The translations under genes and the position numbers were made by a program. From Marsupella aquatica (taxonomy: Eukaryota; Plantae; Marchantiophyta): DNA of 64,000 nucleotides. Under the pieces are notes generated by a model. That model did not search any database, was not told the DNA's origin, and saw nothing but the letters and a program-made list of their open reading frames with translations. This document shows, one piece after another, positions 23,391-37,068 of this stretch. Within the stretch, counting starts at the first letter, position 1, and each line of letters starts with the position of its first letter. The stretch lies in the NCBI GenBank assembly GCA_973895155.1, contig OZ316898.1:21029292-21093291 (forward strand), in the 5' to 3' direction.

Positions 23391-26300
23391 TGTGATGCCT
23401 AGCCAGGAATCACTAGGCCAGTTTAAATGGTAAAATCAAGAGTGTACCCTGGAAACCCATTAGTATAGTAACCAAAACATGGAAAATATAAACAATTAAG
23501 GATGACTATGGAACCCGAGCCGAGGCTGGAAGTAAGGATGCCGGGGGAGGGAAAACGATTAGGGTTAGGGCGCGCTCGGTGCCGGCGGCTAGGAGTAACC
23601 AAAGGGAGGGAAGACCAGGCAAGGGGGGGTAAGGACCGCTCGCAAGGAATGGTGGCTCATTTGCAAGCACAAACTAAGCAGGCGACTACGGGAGGCCAAC
23701 TACTATCAGCTGTTAAGGCAAGCACTCGGGGTGGGAGCAGATACCGACGATCAACTCAAGGAGGGTATGAGCAACGTAAATCAAGCGGCATATTTTTGGG
23801 GATGCCTGTTTGAACGAGCAGCTGAGTACATTGGGACCTACGAAGACCAAGAATCGGAAAGAGCAGCTTGAGAACGGCAGGAGCTCGCTCGACTGTGGGA
23901 GCTGCAGAAGTCTGCCTTCTTAGGAGGAGAACTCATCAAGGCTGAATTCCTGTGGACACCTACTAGCAACGAGCTAGACAATCTTCTGTTTTGCGAGAAC
24001 ATAATCGTCGGCATCCGGAAAGCCATCAACCGTTGCAACGACATCCACTGGGAGTTGAAGGGTGGCACAAAGCCTTTGTGAAACTACCATGGCTGAAGCC
24101 GGAGGTGCCGGATTCAGACTTATTGGAATTCGTGGGATCATGGGAGCCCGAGACCAATTCCACAAGGGTGTATGGGAAGGATTTCTATCTCACTCCCTGG
24201 ATGATTGCCAAAGTGTTTGGCTTGCCGATGGGCAACAAGACCAAAGTGGATACCAGGAAGACCTTGCCTGACAAGGAGTTCCGATTGTTCCCAGGGCCAT
24301 CAACGAAGAATGGCTTCTTCCGGAACACCTGCACCAACCCGCACATTGGAGAGATGATTGATTTCTTGCGGGTGACCATGCATTGCAACTTGTTGAGGGC
24401 AGAGATCGGCAAGGCGCAAGTCTACCTGGCGGAGAGGCCAGACCCAAGCCGGGACTACAACGGGTACCTCCTCACCCAACTAAAGAAGATCTTGAAGGAG
24501 GAACAGCAGGTCATCGGCATGGGAAGCGTGTCCCGGCTTGGCTATCACATGCCGCTATTGTGCCAGTATGCCCGAATTCAGATCTTTGTGTGGACTAGCT
24601 CAAAATAGGGTATGTAAGAAACTCATCATTTTTTTGCTTTTTGTACAAGGATAGTAAGAAATACATTTTAGCATTAGTAAAGTACTTAGGGTTTGTAACC
24701 CTAAGTCACTAAGGAAGGATAGTAGGGAATCATGGAAGGGAAAAATATGTTGTTCTAAGAAGATGTAAAGGGGTAAGTGAGGTCTTTATGGTAGGGCAGC
24801 AAATATTCTTTCCTTAGTTAGGATAGGCGACTAAGTCGGGACCGGAAAATGACCCAACACCTGACATCTAATTTTTGGCTAATATTTCTCCCATGGGTGA
24901 GGGGAGGTCCCTAGGGAACCCTGAAAAATTATGAAGTGAAGTAGGGTCTCAACCTAGGAATTGTGAGTATTTTGGCTGAACTTAAAATAACCATCTAGCG
25001 GGTCCCGGAGAAATTAGCCAAGGGGTAGATATTTTTGGTTCTAGGTTAAAATTGGGTATAGTATAGCCCATAATATCCCTTGAAAGTCTAAGAAGTAGTT
25101 TATCAACTTTGGTTAGTTTTTGGGAGCACCTCAAAGATTGGGAAAAGTAATGAAAACTATAGATGTGGGAAAACTTAGGTATTTTTAGAAAAGTCAATAC
25201 GGGGTATTTAGTGAGTTTGACAAATTCAGGAGGGAGTACTATGTCCAAGGATCCCATAACTATGCTCAGAAGTTCTTTTAGACCTATGGGTGATTTTTGG
25301 CATGGCTTTAAAAAGGGCTAGTACAAAGTTTTCTCCCGCGAGAGAACCAAATTTTTTCTAAGTGTGGAAACGCGACGACGCGGCTGCGACGAGGCTAGCA
25401 CGAGGCAGGAAGGAGTCTAAGCACGAGGGCGGCTACGAGTTGAGTGATTAGACTATGAAATCACATGGTGGAAAATCTATGGTGGGCTATTGTTGCTCCA
25501 GCACGAGATCAGCTAACTTAGGCAATGTGAAATTGATGCAGCAGCTGTCTAGTAAACGTGATCTCTGCCTGGATGCTGACAAATTGAGAAAGGGCAGGCA
25601 CTACATAGGCTATAGAGCTTGCTGCCAAGGAAAACGTGGATGCTGCTGGCTGATTCAATGTGCTGGCTGATTCAATCTGCGGGTAGGTAAGCTTGTGCTG
25701 AGTAAATTCAAAAGAGAATGGCTGGCAATTGAGAATCCATGTGCTGAGAATTGACCAGCTGCTGCAATTTACAGCAGTTGTGAGCTATGGCTACTCCTGA
25801 GCAAATCAATCACAATCCAGCCCAACAATTAGAAGGGACTCAGTCATAAATCAGAGGAGAAGCTACTGCAAAAATCAGTCAAGCAATTAGTCAAGGAATC
25901 ATCCTCAAAACAGCTGCACAATCAGGCATGATGCTAAGCTCTATAGCTTCTGGAAAGACTGGACCTTATGAGGAACTCTCTCAGGTCGACACCTGGTATA
26001 CACATAAGTGTAAACCGGGACCTATGACAGTGTAATTCGGAGCCCTTTTGCACATAAGGGATTGAGAGAAGGAAAATATCATAACTTGAGCTAGGGGCAT
26101 CCGTTGGGGCCCATATTTTTTGTGTCGATTCAAGGGAAGGTAAAACATCGTTGAGTGAAGGTAGAAACCCAGGAAAAGAAATACCTAGAGATATTTTAAA
26201 CCGTCGCCATGGGGGGGTCCCGCTAGCTTGCAAACGGGAGCTGCCAAGGGGGAATGAATACCTGATGTAGGGCCAAACACTTTGGGTACCCATACCACTT

Positions 26301-29300
26301 TAGTAAGGCTCTAGGGAAGGGTACTTACCTTTGGTCGAAGGTGCAAGGCCATCAAGTTAATAGAAGTGAGTATAGATGGTAGTTTTCTTAGGGTAGTATA
26401 AGGGGTACAAGTCAAATAAGGCCAACTTTGACTAGGCATAACTTTGGACTCAAGTACTCTTTTTGCGAGCTTTCAAGTGCGTTGGAAAGCTGATGAAGAG
26501 GACCATAAGTGGGAGCAGGTTTGGAGGTCAAAGCATGCAACTCATGTGCAGCATATTCTAGGGCTTGGAAGGAGTCAAGCAATAGGTTGTAGAGTGAGCT
26601 ATGAACTATAGTTTGGACTTGGTGTGTTAGGAGGACTTGGGGGAGGTATAGTTGGACCCCAGGTCAAGCTTGGTGTGGTGTGAAAGGAGAATAGTATATA
26701 AGGTGAAAGATTTCATTTGTTGAGGACCAGAAGTCTCATTCTTAAGTGTAAGCTCTACCTTGCAAGTTGGGGCTAAGATTGAGAACGGGAAGGAGGTCCA
26801 TGCTTAGTGTGGAGAGTGTGTAGTGACCTTTTATGTAAGGATTGAGTATACAATAAAAGGATTCTTCCAATCTTCATTGTGACCACTAAGTGTGACTAAA
26901 TGTGAAGTGTTTGAGAGCAAGAGAAGAGTCCATGCTAGGATGCAATCTTGGTCTAATCGTGAAGGGGATGTGCTGGTACACAACCAAGGCCAGGGAGGCA
27001 AGGTTAAGGTGGAGCACTACTTTGGGATTTAGAGAGGATTGTATCTTGAGGGTGGAAAGTACCTTGCTTTGTGTGAGAACCAAGAGGAAGAGTTCTTTGC
27101 AAGAAGAGTTTTTCTAAAGCTCAAGGGGGTGTGTGGACCCAAACCAAGGCCAGGGGGGGCAAGGTTAAGGGGTAACACTACCTTGAGGATCTTGAGGGGA
27201 CTTAAGCTTGAAGAGAAGAGTACTTGGGGTTCTTGGGTGTTTGTTTTAGGGTCTACTCTAAGGTGACAGCTTGGAGTGGATATCCCCCTTGCTAATCCTT
27301 GGAGTAGAGGAGAGAGAAAGAGTGGGAGTGCAAAAGTAGTCAAGGTGACTACCTCTCTAGAAGTGGAGAGTTGAAACTACTTGTGTATGGTGTACTTAGA
27401 CCTTGCATGCACATTTCAGAAGTTTTGTCAATCCTTTGTGACCCTGGTATGACATGGAGCAAGTATTAGGTAGTTTTTTAGGGGAAAAGATGCTTAAGCT
27501 CCTTGACAAGTGTTTGACACTTTGCCCCAGTACTTCCCCTACAGGCAAGGGCACCAGAGGAAGTTCCGGAACAGAGGCTGGTAGCAGAGAAACTCAACCA
27601 GCCCGCCAGTCCTACAATTGAGCAGGTGTTTCGGCCAAGGAAAGAAGACTTGCCGATGCAGCAACCCGACATGCAGAATCTGTTGAAATTACTTGAGAAG
27701 GAGACGAGAACGGCACCGGCAACGCCACCAGTACAGGATACTTCCCCAGAAGTCGGCCTAAGCCGACTTACCAGGGAAAACCCCTTTAGCGGGGCCAAGG
27801 AGAGGAGGAGGCCGGAACACGAGCCGGGAGTTTGAATGTATGTGGGAGCCTCAAGCCCCGAACCGAGGCAGAGCAGCCTAAGGCTCATGCCCACGATAAA
27901 CAGAGGGAGAAGACAGCCTGGAAGCCGGAGGAGGAACCAGGGCCCGTGAGCTGTGAGGCCATTTTCACGGCAAGACCAGGAGAACAGAGGGGGAAGCCGG
28001 TAGTCCAAGCAGCGGAGGAGGCGGTAGAAGACTACGAGAATGACGACTCCGGCTACGAGTCGGACCATCATGTTCCAGGAGTGAGGACCTGTGGCCGGTT
28101 CATCCCCACACTTCCAAGAGTAGTTCGAGGGGACCCCACCCAACAGAGTAGCCTCGAGTCTCCCCCACCAGATGTCGCTCCCCCAAGCTTTGACGGCATA
28201 AAACAGACGGCACAAGAGTTTCAAGAGCGACTTAGGGAGGAAGAGAAGGCAGCCCTGGCTAGGGAGAAAGATTTACCAGGAGGAGATTGGCCAGAGGACA
28301 TCAGGCGGTTTGCCAAAAAAAAAGTAGCTCTCCAGCCATGATAGAAGAAATCCGCAAGACGGCTTGGGAACAAAGGCCGCGATGGTTGATGCCGATGACT
28401 TCTACTTACTCCACCTATGCTGAGGATAGAGCCATGGAGTATGGAGATATGTGTGGGGAACTTGCGCTCAGCATCTTTGGGGAGGAGTTGGAGCAGGGAC
28501 CCTTTTTCCAGAGGGAGATGTTGGAGAAGCGCCGATTAGAAGAAGCGGTGGCTTTGGAGAGAAGCAAGAAGGACAAAGTCATCTATCGGCTTAGGGCAAG
28601 GGAGTTAAGGTAGAAGACCTGGCGGCAGCCAAGAAAGCCCAAGATGAGCTGCGGATTAAGCGGCATGAGCTAAACATCATGCAAGGGCAATTGGATGCCG
28701 CTCAATCTGGCAATCAGATTATCAAAGATAAACTGACTCGGACCCAAGGAGAGTTGGCTGGCGCGGTCAAGGATAGGGAGGAGTGGAAGCAGGAGCTGAA
28801 GGACGTAGAGGAGGCCCACATAACCGCCAACAACCGGGCCATGGCGGAGACCCAAAGAAGGGAGAGGGCGTTGAAGGGAGAGCTCGAGGATATCCACGGA
28901 GCCCTTGAGTAGAAGGAGGCCGAGTTAGGGAAATCCTATCAAGGGATTATTATGCTACAGCTGGAGCTTGCATCCCTGACAGCTAGCTTCAAGGCCGACC
29001 TCCATGAGAAAGACGACTAGCTTGACCAGACTTATGCCAAGATGAACAAAATGGAGTCTGAGGTCGTAACGGAGCTTGACAAGGAGCTAAGAGCAACCCA
29101 GGAGGAGAGGGCTACCTTAAAGAAGGAGTTGGAGGAAGCCCAGAAAGAGTTGGAAGAAGCCCAGAAGGAGCTGGAGGAGGCGCGCAAGGACCTGGACAAA
29201 GTGCAAGAGGAGTTGGAGGAAAGCACGCGGAAGATGGAGAACTTATAGCGGCGAGCCAACAACCAAACGGAGCGGCTGAAGAAACAAGCCGCAGTATTTA

Positions 29301-30727
29301 AGTGCTTGGCTTCATCAGGTCCAACTCCAAGTGGGGCAACCAAGTTGCCAGGAGTAGTACTGGCCAAAGGACAAGCCAAGACACTCTCACCGGTGCCGGA
29401 GGTAAGTGGCAAGGGGAAGGGACCAGCTGCCAAAATAGGGAAGAAGAAGAAGCGGAAACCTTCCGGGTCAGGGAATAACACGGCTTCTCAAGCCATTGTG
29501 ACCAAGGAGGTAAACCTGGCACCAACCTCAGGCAAGGTCACGGCAGAAGATCCAACTGCCCTAGTAGGCGGGGATGGCAAGGGCAGAGTCGGGATGCTCA
29601 GTGATGAGGCCGGTATACCAAATCCACCACTAGAAGATGTCGGGGAGGCCGTAGCCGTATCAGAGGCCGTGGCCAATGCTAAGGCCAAAACCGACGGTGG
29701 ACCTAGTCAGGCCGATGGAGAGTTGACTTGGTCCGGAGCAGGTAATCTGTCAGAGGACGGACCTACGATAGTGGCTGCGGAGAAAGTGTTGGGGGCGTCC
29801 ATTGAGGATCAGCCACCACTGCCATGACGGTGGTGGGGGGCCGCTCCTTTTAAGGGGGGCGGACGTGGAGGAAGGAGGCATGAGTGGGCGGGCTCAGATC
29901 TCCAAGTTTAGAATTAGGATCAGACCATGGAGGCGGCCCTGACACTTAGCTTAGTGGGATTACGGATCCACTGGTAAGAGCAACACTTGTGCTCCTGCCT
30001 CGCTATACATAGATAGATTACAGTTAGGATAGATTAGGCTTATGCTGCAAGGAATTGGGCGGATCCACTGCCAGGATAAGTACTTGTGTAGCGGGGAGTT
30101 CAGGGCCTTCTTCCTTAGCAAGTTTTTAGTGCACCATCAGGGCTAGGATCAAGTAGTAAAAGAAGCTCTCGGTTAGTTATACTGTGACCCTTGTGTATAT
30201 TCATGTTTCCTCATGCCTAAGAGATGAATAGAGCTGGCCTTACGGCTTAGTTCGCAGATCTTGTGTATGAGAAGTACTGTTTGTATGGCAAGTGCATAGT
30301 ATAACTCAGTCAGAAGGAGTCATTTTGCTATTTGTGTGTCGCATTAACTTGTTGAAGATTGCCCACAACAACCAAGAGAAAAGAGTAAGCAAGGTAGTAA
30401 GAGTTGGATGTGTCGAGCTGAGAGAGGTCTTAGCGGCTTACCCAAGCCAGATGGGGATCATTCCGGCGGCGGAATCCAAACATACCTAAAGCAGACAAGG
30501 AGAGGAAGACAAGGGAAGGCCTAGATTAGGCCGACTACGTATCGCATGACCCGATGAAGGATCTGTCCAGTATATGTGTGTAAAATGTTAATTGTGTTAG
30601 TAGTAATGAGTTAGCAGCGTCCCATGCCGCTAAGCCACGGAATCGGCCTCGCCAAGGGCAAAACCTGCGGGAATCGGCTTGTGTAGGGGGGTTTCTTGGG
30701 TTTGGGGAGCCATGGGATGCAACAACA
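23391..30727 (+). mobile_element. Unclassified TG..CA element, copy C (~4.4 kb plus nested 2.9-kb solo LTR); ORF pseudogenised
   Basis: Starts TGTGATGCCTAGCCAGGAATCAC and ends GCCATGGGATGCAACAACA. Flanks CCCGT (23386-23390) and CCCCT (30728-30732). ORF remnants 23502-24588 and 27525-29827 match copy B, with a ~330-bp deletion near 24070. Confidence 0.9.
24589..27519. mobile_element. Solo LTR of an unrelated family (2931 bp)
   Basis: TGTGGAC...TTTGACA ends with perfect TSD CTTTG (24584-24588, 27520-27524). Excision restores CAGATCTTTGCCCCAGTACTTCCCC as seen in copy D. No convincing coding capacity. Internal ~160-bp duplication near 26980/27140. Confidence 0.85.
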
Positions 30728-30879
30728 CCCCTCAAGTGTTCTCGCGTACCAACAGGAGCCCTTTTTCCTGAAAAAACATTGAGAGGGCAACACTCGATGT
30801 GCTCTTTTCTCATAAGTGCCTTTGTGTGCACATTGCAAGGGCTTGGGTTGTGCAACGTTGTGCATTGCCTCCACCAAGC

Positions 30880-31130
30880 TTTGACACTCTTCCGAACACA
30901 TTTTCCCCGGGAGCATAGGTTGGAGTTGCAGGAGGGGAGGAGCTGCGACACTCTTCCGAGCACATTTGCCCCGGGAGCACAGGGTGGAGTTGCAGGAGGG
31001 GAGGAGCTGCAACACTCTTCCGTGCACAGGTTGGAGTTGCCCCAGGAGCACAGGTTGGAGTTGCGGGAGGGGAGGAGTTGCGTGAGGTTGGAGGTGCGGA
31101 AGGGAAGAGTTGCGGAAGGGAAGAGCCAAA
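30880..31130 (+). repeat. GC-rich minisatellite GAGCACAGGTTGGAGTTGC(AGGAGGGGAGGAGCTGC)
   Basis: 4-6 imperfect tandem copies upstream of the CACTA transposase. Confidence 0.75.
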
Positions 31131-33136
31131 CTTAATCAGAAAGAGTCGAGCAACAAGCTGCAGGTCACGAGCTGCGGGTGAGGAGCTACGATCGGCAACA
31201 AGCTGCGCAAGGTGGATGCGGAAGGCATTTGCGCGCTGGGGACCCCGATTATTGTGGAAGGCGATTGCTATGGAAGCTTGTGGAGGCAGTGAAAGCAGGG
31301 AGGAAATCATTCTTGCTGCGGAAGTTTGACGATAGCTTCTTGAAGAGGTTGTGGAGTTTAAAAGGGCAGGTGCTGAACCGGGAGCCAGTTGTTTGTTTGG
31401 TCTCAGCATTCGTTTCTTTAAGTGGGTGCGAGCTGCTTGTGGAAGGGGAGAGGTGACCTGATTGCGGACGGGGAGAAGGCAAGCTGCTTGCGGAAGGGGA
31501 GAGGTCCAGCAGCTGCTTGCGAAAGGGGAGAGGGCAACTCATTGCGGAAGCTGAGAGTGCAAGCTACTTGCAGAAGGCAACAGAGCGCAAGCTGCTACCT
31601 GCAAGTTGAGGCCTGCTAGCTTCCGCCTCAAAGGTATGACCTTATTCCCATTGGCGCCCATGCTGTGATTTGCCTGGTTGCTCTGTGCTCTCCACTTCCG
31701 GCTCCACCCCAGCCTGGGACCTGCAATGTGCTGTGTTGGGACTTGTGTTGCTGTGTGCCAGAGCTCTCTGCTTATGTTTTTTCTCTATCTATCCCTCTCC
31801 ATTTGCTACATGTTCTTTGATCTTCTATTCTATTGCCATTTGCTACATGTTCTTTGAGTTTGTTGAGTTTGGTTGTCCACCTTCTTGCCCTCTGTAGCCT
31901 TTTGCATCACAAGTGCCTGCATTTCCTTCCCTGTCCCATGCTAGCTCCACTGCAACCTTCCACTGCTATCTATGCTGATTCCTTCCACTACTACAAAATT
32001 CTGCTTTGCAATGACATCCCAATGCTCATATGTCCCAGTAAAATTTGGGTAGACATAAGTATTAGGCGCGGAGTCTTCTCTCTCTGCCTGCCCAAGATCA
32101 GGGTTTACTGGTTCTAATTGCTGATTCAGTCCCCGTTTAGAAAGACCTAAGAAATTTAACTATCTTCGAGCTTTATTGTTTGTTTTGGCAAAATCTTCCC
32201 TTGCGGCCAGCAGCTGAGGCCCAACGTCCACAATCTTCGAGACATTTTTCAAGACATAGGTAAGCTGGCTGGGGAATGCCTTTCTCCTCAATCTCAAGAG
32301 ATGATTTTTCTGGAGTCTGCTCACGTATTGCTCTTGCTTGTCCAGAACCTGAATGGCTGCGTGCACTGCACAAGGACTGCCTGCTGTTTATCCAACAGAG
32401 GGGATTTGCCCATGATCGAACAATTTGGGATCACTCAGCGCATGGGCAGTCCAAGAAGGGGATGTTTTACTGTCCTGACCATGACATTGACCCTACACTA
32501 GGCACTCCTGCTAGGAGCCACATATCTTGGATTTGATTGAGGCTGGATGGAACACAAACTTGAGATAGAGCTTTTTGATGGTTTCACGTGGACTTAAACA
32601 ATTTTCAGAGTGCTAGAACATGTGGACTATTTATATGCAGTTTGATGAACTCCTCATGTATACACACTCTACGACAGTGCATTGCGGATTGAGGCAATTA
32701 ATTTTGAGAAATCAACTTTACTATCTTTTCCAGGGTAGGATTCCGATTTTCATGCATGTGCTTTGAGTGTGACTCGGGTCATTGTTGATGTCTAAACTTC
32801 ACTTGTAAATTTGTCACTGGTGTCACAAACATTACTTATTCCAGACCTGTCTGCTCACATTCCTAATAGGCAAACAAATACTGGAAATGATGAAGGCACA
32901 GAGATTTACATTCATAGTATCATTCTGATGACACTGTATGTGATGCTCTATTTGTATGCAAGAAGGAGAAGGTGCCCCACTATAGTGGATTTGAGAAACT
33001 GGGCTCTATGGGTTTGAGCAATTGGACTGTGGTTGGCATCAGTTGTACAATTGTGACGGTAGGCCCAATTTTGTATGCATGTCACACTGATTCAGTTTGA
33101 AAATCATAGTTTGAATACAATTTCAATCAAGCTAGC

Positions 33137-36100
33137 ATGGCACAATTGCCACAGAATACGTTAGGTGTGGGTAGAACTCCAAAGTTGCCGCTCTTCCATC
33201 CAGCTAGAGTACAACATCGTGATGATGCTTTGTGGGTTCGAGAACAGAAGGCCTGCCACAAGAGTGGGGACCATAAGATGTACTGCCCTTGTGTGAACTG
33301 CAAAGGGAATTATAGGACTAATCGGAATACTGCTAGACTGCACCTTATTAAACATGGTCGGTACCCTGCATGTCGAATGTGGGTGGGAGAGGGGCAGGAC
33401 TCTTCTGATGAAGAGTGGGGTGCTGACTACATGTCACAACATGGCCCTAAGGCATTGAGGGTAGCAAACGTTCAGCAGGCAACCTGTGCACAACTGTAGA
33501 TGTTGAAGAACATTTATTTGTAGATGTTCCAGAGTATCCAACTGTGGATTTTCAAGAACATCCAACTATTGATGTCAAAGAACATATCAGGGCTCTACTG
33601 GAAGAAACATTGTTGAGAACTAGTGAAGAATCCCCTGAGCATGAACTAGATGATCAGGACCGTTTGGACTTGGATTTTGTACTTGGGGATGATGAGAGTG
33701 AAGGAGGTGCCCATCTTGTAAACCCCCTTGAAACCTCCAAAACTCCTGTGGAGACTGATCCTGCACAGTTATCTTTAGATGCAGCAATGCAACCTTTGTT
33801 CCCAGGCAGCAAAATAGATGTTGTGTCATTCATGTTGCTTCTGATGAACATCTGTCATGGCCATGGATTCTCAAACAAAGGAGTGAATGCATTGTTGTCT
33901 TTGATGGGGGAGCATGGTATGCCTATAGAGCGTAAGCTGCCCAAGAACTTATATGCTGCAAAGCAGCTATTGAGAAAGCTTGGCTTGGATTATGAGAGAA
34001 TCCCTGTCTGTGAGAAAGGTTGCATGCTCTTTAGGGGTGAGAATGCCAAGTTAGAAAACTGTTCAGCGTGTCAGCAGCCCAAGATGAAGAGAGTGGGGAA
34101 TTCATTACAGGCAAGGAAGGTGGTGCGGTATTTCCCTATAATTCCTAGATTGAAGAGATTGTATGCCACTGCTGGTACATCTAAACTCATGACTTGGCAT
34201 CATGAGAATAGAAGCACAGACAACATGGTTTGGCACGCAGCAGATTTGAAGGCTTGGAAGCATGTGGATACAAATATTGATTGGAAATTTGCAGCTGAAC
34301 CAAGGAATGTGCGATTTGGGTTGGCACTTGATGGGGTGAATCCCTTTGGGAATAATTCCACAGCTTGGTCTACCTGGCCAATACTGTTGTTGAATTACAA
34401 TTTACCTCCTTGGCTTACCACCAAGAAGTTCTTTGTCATGCTAGCTATGCTGATTCCAGGACCTGATTCAGTAACATAGGAACAACTGGACATAATATTG
34501 GGCCCATTCTATGAGGAGCTGAGCTGTTGTGGAAGAAAGGAGTGCCCTGCTTTGACAAATTGCCATGCCCAAGATTGTCTCAACACTTCAACCTTAGGGC
34601 TGTGCTATTGTGGACAATCAATGATTACCCTGCATATGGTTTAATATCTGGACAACAACACTCTGGATACAAAGGATGTGTCATCTGTGGGCCAAAATGT
34701 GTGGCACGTGGTTCTAAGCACTTGCAGAAATTAGAGTACAGTGGCCACCGTCGATGGTTAGCAGCAAGGCATCTTTTTCGTAGACCAGATAGTGCACAAT
34801 ACTTTGATGGTGCAATTGAGAGTCGACCTGCACCGTGTAGAATGACAAGCTCTGATAGAAAGAAGTGGGGAGACGAGACAACAAAATATTTGAAGAAGGG
34901 AGGAACCAAGGTTGAGGATGAGACATGCCCCATAAAGGTGCATGGAGTGAAGAGGGCTACTGGTCTGTACAAGTTGCCCTATTGGAATGTAAGACTCCAT
35001 ACTACTACAATGAATTTCTGCAATCTCTTCATATGACTTTGAAATATATTTGCTTCATATACTTCCTGTAGCCGAGATTTTGTAATTGTTGTATTCAATG
35101 CATTAATTTCTGAATTGTGTCCACTGCACAAACTACTGCCCAGTGATGCCAAAAGTTGTATTCAATGCCCTAATTTCTGAATTGTGTGTCCACTGCAGAA
35201 ACTACTCATTAACCATTGTCTAGATCCCATGCACTGTGAGAAGAATTGAATCTTGCACACAACATTGTGCACACTATCATTGGGACCAAGGACACTCCTT
35301 CTGTGAGAGAAGACATGAAGCTCTTAAAGGTGCGCCAACACCTATGGCTTGTACCCAATCCAGCTCCCAAGCGTAACGATGACAAATTGTTGATGCCCCC
35401 AGCCCCATATTGCCTGAGCAAGAAGGAAAGAACAAGGGTCTTGGAGGTGTTATTGACCTTGAAAGGGCCCACTGGTTTTTCAAGTTCTTTGGCAAAGTGT
35501 GTTACAAAATCCAAGAAACTCTCTAGGTTGAAATCACATGATTTCCACCAACTCATGCAACAGATTCTCCCTCTGGCAACAATGGGATTACTTGATGAAG
35601 GGGTTTGCTTGGCCATAGCTGGGGTGAGCAATATCTATTGCCAGATCTGTACGAAGGTATGGGACCCTTCAATGTATGAGAATTTGATGATGGATGTTGC
35701 ATTCACTCTCTGCATTTTGGAAATCCATTTTCCACCAAGCTTCTTTGATGTCATGACCCATTTAATGATTCACCTAGTGGAGGAATTAGACTTGTGTGGC
35801 CCAGTTATAGGCAGATGGATGTACCCAATAGAGAGGAACCTGAAGGTATTGAAGGGTTATGTACGAAACAAGGCACGTCCAGAGGCTTCTATGGTTGAAG
35901 GCTATGTATTAGATGAGTCTTTGGGATTCCTTTATGAATACATGATTGATGCAAAGGGAGAGGGAAAATGAACCTGGGAGTTGGAGGAGGATGCTGGCGT
36001 TGTAGGCATTGTTCTGGAAGGGGCTGCAAAGGCGATAACTTTGGATTGGTCTGAAATGATTGGAGAATGAAGAGACAGTGGCTCCATGGTACAGGTACAT

Positions 36101-37068
36101 AAACCCTAAACCCTCCTATCCTTAGGCATATGGATCATAATTATGTTGCCCCATTGTGTTTGTATATTCATGGTGGATCGTGCACTAATGTCTTCAGTGT
36201 TGTTGTTGCCATGCAGGATATATGATGCTACCAATGAGACTGTTACCAAACGAAGAGTGGATTTCCCGAAGGAATGGATGAGGAAGCCTGCCAATCAAAG
36301 AAAACCAGTGGAATTTCCCGCTGACTGCCAAGAATTGCCACCTTTCAGGGAATGGTTTCAAACATTAGTCAATACCCATAATTTTGAGAAAGAGTTTGAG
36401 CGATCATTACTATCTGCATACTCCACACCACCTAGTTTGAAGGCATGACTGTATAGGGCATGCAGAGCCTATGGGCACCATTGGAGGACTATTCCATCCT
36501 TGGGGTGTTTGAGTGATTGTGATTCTGGTGCTTTCAACACTTTTGATTCTGGGATGAGTTCTACATTCACTGAGAGGCGAGTGGACAGGTCTGGTGCAAC
36601 CATAGAAGAATTTGTACAATATGTAGGGGCCTTGACAGATATCTTGGTACTGAATTACGGCAGCTTGAGGAAAGAGATGATTCTTTTCAAAGGGAAATGG
36701 GCAGATCCATCACGGACTCCTCTTCCAGTATGAGGTATTCCGAGTCTGGTCTTTGGCAGGTGAATTTCCATAGAGAACTGGGTGTGTCCAAGAAAATGGA
36801 TTACATTTTCCCAAAGCAAGTGGAGCAGGTTTTCTTCCACCCCAATGAGAAGGGGATAGCATGGAGAACAATCCTCCACAAAGAATCCAGGTCCACAAGG
36901 GTGTTAGGTGATTACACAGACGTTGATTTCCATGCTACAATGGAAAATAATGCCAAATTACACATTGAATTGGCTAGTAGGTCCAGAGCAAATCCAGGAC
37001 CAAGTACTGGTCCCAAACGAGGCAAAGATGTAGAGGGATCTGCAAGAAAGGGCAGGCCTAAGCAGTGA
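33137..37068 (+). pseudogene. CACTA transposase (TnpD / Tnp2 family), intron-containing, with premature stops
   Basis: N-terminal CPCVNC zinc motif; FAAEPRNVRFGLALDGVNPF...NYNLPPW...MLIPGP (Transposase_21-type); WTINDYPAYG; after a GT..AG intron (34989-35198) HCLDPMHCEKN; LKSHDFH; FPPSFFDVMTHLMIHL...RWMYPIER...VRNKARPEASMVEGY (DUF4218-type); last exon with YIFPKQVEQVFF. Stops at ~33497, 34477, 35969 and 36446. Confidence 0.92.

Noticed and set aside
30535-31619. Overlapping 100-200 aa ORFs on both strands
   Set aside because: They arise from a GC-rich minisatellite and low-complexity sequence and cross the copy C boundary.
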